Source: an uncultured Candidatus Kuenenia sp.
Lineage (GTDB): Bacteria > Planctomycetota > Planctomycetia > Pirellulales > UBA1268
Length of the DNA stretch: 43,170 nt
Direction: 5' to 3'
NCBI GenBank assembly: GCA_964508125.1
Contig: CAZDTC010000002.1
Span: 1-43,170, forward strand
A program made the position numbers and the translations under genes. The notes beneath the pieces were generated by a model. It had not been told where the DNA came from. It saw nothing but the letters and a program-made list of their open reading frames with translations, and did no database searches. The first letter of the stretch is position 1, and each line of letters starts with the position of its first letter. Of this stretch, positions 40,283-43,170 are shown piece after piece.

Positions 40283-41880
40283 TCGGGCCGTGGGCACGGC
40301 TCACGGAGTTGCTGCACCTCGAACGGCGCGACGTGTTCACGATCCTGGCCTTCGCGCTCGGCGTGGGGCTGCTCTCGATCGTCACGCCCGCCGCCATCGA
40401 GGCCCTCGTCAACACCGTGGCCTTCGGCGTCTTGCTCTGGCCGGTGGTCGTGCTCTCGCTGGTGATGCTCGCGTTTCTGATCTTCTCGGCGGTCCTGCGG
40501 GCGCTGCAGGTGGCCGTGGCCGAATATCTCCAGCGGCGGCTCTTCGCCCGCACCGCCAACGCCTTCGCCACGCGGTTCGCCCGGGCCGAGATCGAGTCGT
40601 TCGACGGGCAAAATCCCACCGACATCGTCAACCGCTTTTTCGAAGTGGCCACGGTGCAGAAGTCAATCACGTCGCTCCTCGTCGACGGCGTGGCGATCGC
40701 CATGACCACGGTCGTGGGCCTGATCGTGCTCGCCTTCTACCACCCCTATCTGCTCACGTTCGCGATCGTGATGGTGGGGATGCTCGTATTTTTGATCTTC
40801 GTGCTCGGGATCGGCGGCGTGCGCACGAGCATCGCCGAGAGCTACGCCAAGTTCGACACGGCGGCCTGGCTCGAGGAGATCGCGAAGTGCCCCCATACAT
40901 TCCGCTTCGGGAAGGGCGGGGCGGTGGCGATGGAGCGGGCGGGCGAGCTCACGGACGCCTATCTCGTCGCCCGCAAGAAGCACTTCCGCGTGGTCTGGCG
41001 GCAGACGCTCTTCTCCCTGCTCCTCGAGGCGATCGCGAGCACCGTGCTCCTCGGCCTCGGCGGCTGGCTCGTGATCAACCGCCAGCTGAATCTCGGCCAG
41101 CTCGTTGCTGGCGAGCTGATCGTGACGCTCGTGCTCACGGCCCTCTCGAAGCTCGGAAAGTATGCCGAGATCTTCTACGACCTCCAGGCTTCGCTCGACA
41201 AGCTCGGCGTCATCTCCAAGCTCACGCTCGAACCCGAGGGGGGCGAGATCCTTCCGCCGCGTGACACGCCGATGCAGGCCGTGACCGAGATCACGCGCCG
41301 CGGCAAGACGCTCAAGCTCACCGCCCGACCGGGCGAGCGCGTAGCCGTAATCGGGCCCTCGGGCGCGGGTAAGACGTTTCTCCTCGAGACGCTCGCCCTG
41401 CTGCGCCTGCCGCACGAGGGGATGCTCGAGATCGACGCACTCGACGCACGCTCGCTCGACCGCGCGGCCACACGGCTGCAGATCGCGCTCGTCGGCAAGA
41501 CGGAGACGTTTGCCGGCACCGTGGCGGAGAACATCCGCGTGGGTCGCACCGAACTCTCGTCTGTCGACGTGCAGCGGGCCCTCGACATGGTGGGGCTCGA
41601 CGACCGCGTGGCCCGGCTGCCGCAGGGGGCCGCCACGCCGCTGGCCTCCGACGGGCTGCCGCTTTCCACGAACGAGCTCCTCCGGCTCTCGATCGCCCGC
41701 GCGATCGCGGGTCGGCCACGGCTGCTGCTCATCGACGGACTGCTCGACGGCCTCGACATCCACGAGTGCCCGCAGCTCCTCGAGGCGCTCTTCGACCGAC
41801 AGGCGCCCTGGACGCTCGTCGTCGTGACGGCCCGCGAGGACATTCGAAATCGCTGCGACAAGACGGTGGAGTGGGCATGA
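40279..41880 (+). CDS. ABC exporter, fused TMD-NBD half-transporter (type I exporter fold), with a degenerate nucleotide-binding domain
   Basis: GTG start in a GTGA overlap with the upstream stop. Six hydrophobic helices. Walker A GPSGAGKT lies at 41353-41376. The signature motif reads LSTNE (41662-41676) and Walker B reads LLLID-G (41722-41739). Confidence 0.88.
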   Translation: MIGPWARLTELLHLERRDVFTILAFALGVGLLSIVTPAAIEALVNTVAFGVLLWPVVVLSLVMLAFLIFSAVLRALQVAVAEYLQRRLFARTANAFATRFARAEIESFDGQNPTDIVNRFFEVATVQKSITSLLVDGVAIAMTTVVGLIVLAFYHPYLLTFAIVMVGMLVFLIFVLGIGGVRTSIAESYAKFDTAAWLEEIAKCPHTFRFGKGGAVAMERAGELTDAYLVARKKHFRVVWRQTLFSLLLEAIASTVLLGLGGWLVINRQLNLGQLVAGELIVTLVLTALSKLGKYAEIFYDLQASLDKLGVISKLTLEPEGGEILPPRDTPMQAVTEITRRGKTLKLTARPGERVAVIGPSGAGKTFLLETLALLRLPHEGMLEIDALDARSLDRAATRLQIALVGKTETFAGTVAENIRVGRTELSSVDVQRALDMVGLDDRVARLPQGAATPLASDGLPLSTNELLRLSIARAIAGRPRLLLIDGLLDGLDIHECPQLLEALFDRQAPWTLVVVTAREDIRNRCDKTVEWA

Positions 41881-43170
41881 GCGAGTCGCACAGCTTCGAC
41901 GATGTGATGCGGCGATCGGCCACGCCGCGGTTCGTGCGCTGGATGGCGCGGCTGGTCGTCCTGCTTTTCCTGGCCACCCCATTCCTCCTGGCCTTCGTGC
42001 CTTGGCAGCAGACCGTGCAGGGCCGGGGGCAGGTCGTCGCATATTCCCCAGTCGAGCGGATGCAGGTGCTCACGGCGCGGGTTTCGGGGCAGGTGCGCAA
42101 GTGGCATGTGGTCGAGGGAAGCCGCGTGAAGATGAACGATCCGGTGGTCGATATCGAGGACAACGATCCTGAGCTTGCCGCAAGGCTGGAGGCCCAGCGC
42201 GAGTTCCTCGCCGGCCGGCTGGCGGCGGCGAAGCAGGAGGTGGCCGAGCAGGCGGCCGCGGCGCAGGCCCAGGAGTCGGCCCGCGATGCGGCGGTGAAGG
42301 CAGCGGAGGCGAATCGTGAAGCGGCGCGCAAGGCGATCGACGTGGCCAAGCAGGTGGGCGCCAATGCACAGTTCGCGCAGACGTTCGAGAAGAACCGCTT
42401 CGAGATGTTCGAGGATCTGTTCACCAATCCCACGTTCGGCGGCCTCGAGAGCAAGCTCAACCGCGACGAGGCGCGGATGCGGTCGGATCGCGCCAGCACC
42501 GACACGGAAAAGGCCGCCGCGGAAGTCCAGCGGGCGGAGGCTGCCCTGCTCACCCAGGAAGCGCTCCTCCTCCAGGCCGACGCCGCCGGCCTCTCGGCGA
42601 TCGCCGTGGCCCGCTCCAACCTGCGCAAGAGCGAGCAAAACCTGTTTTCGATCGAGCGCGAGATCCAGGAGATCGACAATCGCATCGAACGCTTCAAGGC
42701 CCGGCTCGTGGTGGCGCCCTGCGACGGGACCGTGTTCCGCGTGGAGGCGAACGTTGGCCAGGGTGGACAGTACGTAAAAGAGGGCGACGAGCTTTGCACG
42801 ATCGTCCCCGACACCAACGACCGTGTCGTCGAGCTCTTCCTCGACGGCCTGGACGCACCGCTGGTGCGCGGGTTCGCGGAACGCACCGGCGCGTTGCCAC
42901 AGGTGCGGTTGCAGTTCGAGGGCTGGCCGGCGATCCAGTTTTCAGGATTCCCGGAACTGGCGATCGGCACCTTCGGAGGGAAGGTGCGGCAGATCGACGC
43001 TGCGGCCGCCGGCACCACCGGGAAGTTTCGCGTGCTCATCGAGCCCGACTCGATGCGGCCGGGCGAGATGTGGCCCGATCCCGAGTTTCTGCGGCAGGGC
43101 AACCAGGCGATCGGCTGGGTGTTTTTAAACCGCGTGCCGCTCGGCTACGAGCTATGGCGTCGGCTCAACG
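41877..43170 (+). CDS. HlyD-family membrane-fusion/periplasmic adaptor protein (3' end beyond the window)
   Basis: My own translation from the ATG at 41877 (ATGA overlap) reads MSESHSFDDVMRRSATPRFVRWMARLVVLLFLATPFLLAFVPWQQTVQGRGQVVAYSPVERMQVLTARVSGQVRKWHVVEGSRVKMNDPVVDIED... This gives an N-terminal TM anchor, a lipoyl-like hairpin, a long Ala/Glu/Arg coiled coil, and a beta-barrel segment (VVAPCDGTVFRVEANVGQ). The frame stays open to 43170 and is not in the ORF track because it has no stop. Confidence 0.85.
   Translation, partial: MSESHSFDDVMRRSATPRFVRWMARLVVLLFLATPFLLAFVPWQQTVQGRGQVVAYSPVERMQVLTARVSGQVRKWHVVEGSRVKMNDPVVDIEDNDPELAARLEAQREFLAGRLAAAKQEVAEQAAAAQAQESARDAAVKAAEANREAARKAIDVAKQVGANAQFAQTFEKNRFEMFEDLFTNPTFGGLESKLNRDEARMRSDRASTDTEKAAAEVQRAEAALLTQEALLLQADAAGLSAIAVARSNLRKSEQNLFSIEREIQEIDNRIERFKARLVVAPCDGTVFRVEANVGQGGQYVKEGDELCTIVPDTNDRVVELFLDGLDAPLVRGFAERTGALPQVRLQFEGWPAIQFSGFPELAIGTFGGKVRQIDAAAAGTTGKFRVLIEPDSMRPGEMWPDPEFLRQGNQAIGWVFLNRVPLGYELWRRLN

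Noticed and set aside
40663-43102. Long minus-strand ORFs 40663..42042 (459 aa), 41175..42638 (487 aa) and 41729..43102 (457 aa), and similar ones at 16125..17294, 21071..22174 and 37107..38147
   Set aside because: They are antisense shadows of well-supported plus-strand genes in GC-rich DNA. Their products are Arg/Pro/Gly/Ala low-complexity with no recognisable motifs, and they mutually overlap in different frames.

Overview
This is a 43.2-kb GC-rich bacterial chromosomal window. I recognised no rRNA, tRNA, CRISPR array, transposase or integrase. All family calls come from motif recognition by eye, because no database search was possible. The taxonomic guess (Verrucomicrobiota-like, from the PEP-CTERM signal plus autotransporter-type beta-strand repeats) is inference only. 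Contents, left to right: (i) The truncated 5' end of an rmlB-like dehydratase gene on the minus strand. (ii) A small accessory island of two nucleotidyltransferase-based gene pairs: an NTase-fold protein with a 60-aa partner, and an MNT/HEPN toxin-antitoxin pair. Each pair is bracketed by mosaic GC-rich hairpin repeats. (iii) A minus-strand secreted trypsin-like protease with beta-strand repeats and a PEP-CTERM anchor. (iv) A ~25-kb, 21-gene, single-strand Wzx/Wzy-type glycan biosynthesis operon with many 4-nt start/stop overlaps. It holds about 7-9 glycosyltransferases, 4 methyltransferases, a NeuD-type acetyltransferase, a ColD-like 3-dehydratase with an Fcl/ColC-like reductase, and a UDP-HexNAc 6-dehydrogenase. 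It also holds Wzx, a Wzy-like polymerase and two large secreted carbohydrate-binding or hydrolase-like proteins. (v) A minus-strand block with an O-antigen-ligase-like protein carrying a helical tail, and two tandem AsnB-type amidotransferase paralogues flanking a small secreted ORF. (vi) Three repeat-separated single genes: a 70-aa orphan, a GT4 and an SDR epimerase. (vii) A translationally coupled trio that runs off the right edge: a non-canonical Nramp-fold transporter, an ABC exporter with a degenerate ATPase site, and a HlyD-type adaptor. Three things look most worth follow-up. First, the Nramp-ABC-HlyD module. Second, the three-module hairpin repeat family (25 hairpin copies at 8 intergenic sites), which shows compensatory stem changes and has rebuilt one gene's 3' end. 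Third, the AsnB / small ORF / AsnB arrangement, which sits in a PEP-CTERM and O-antigen-ligase-like context with no exosortase in view.
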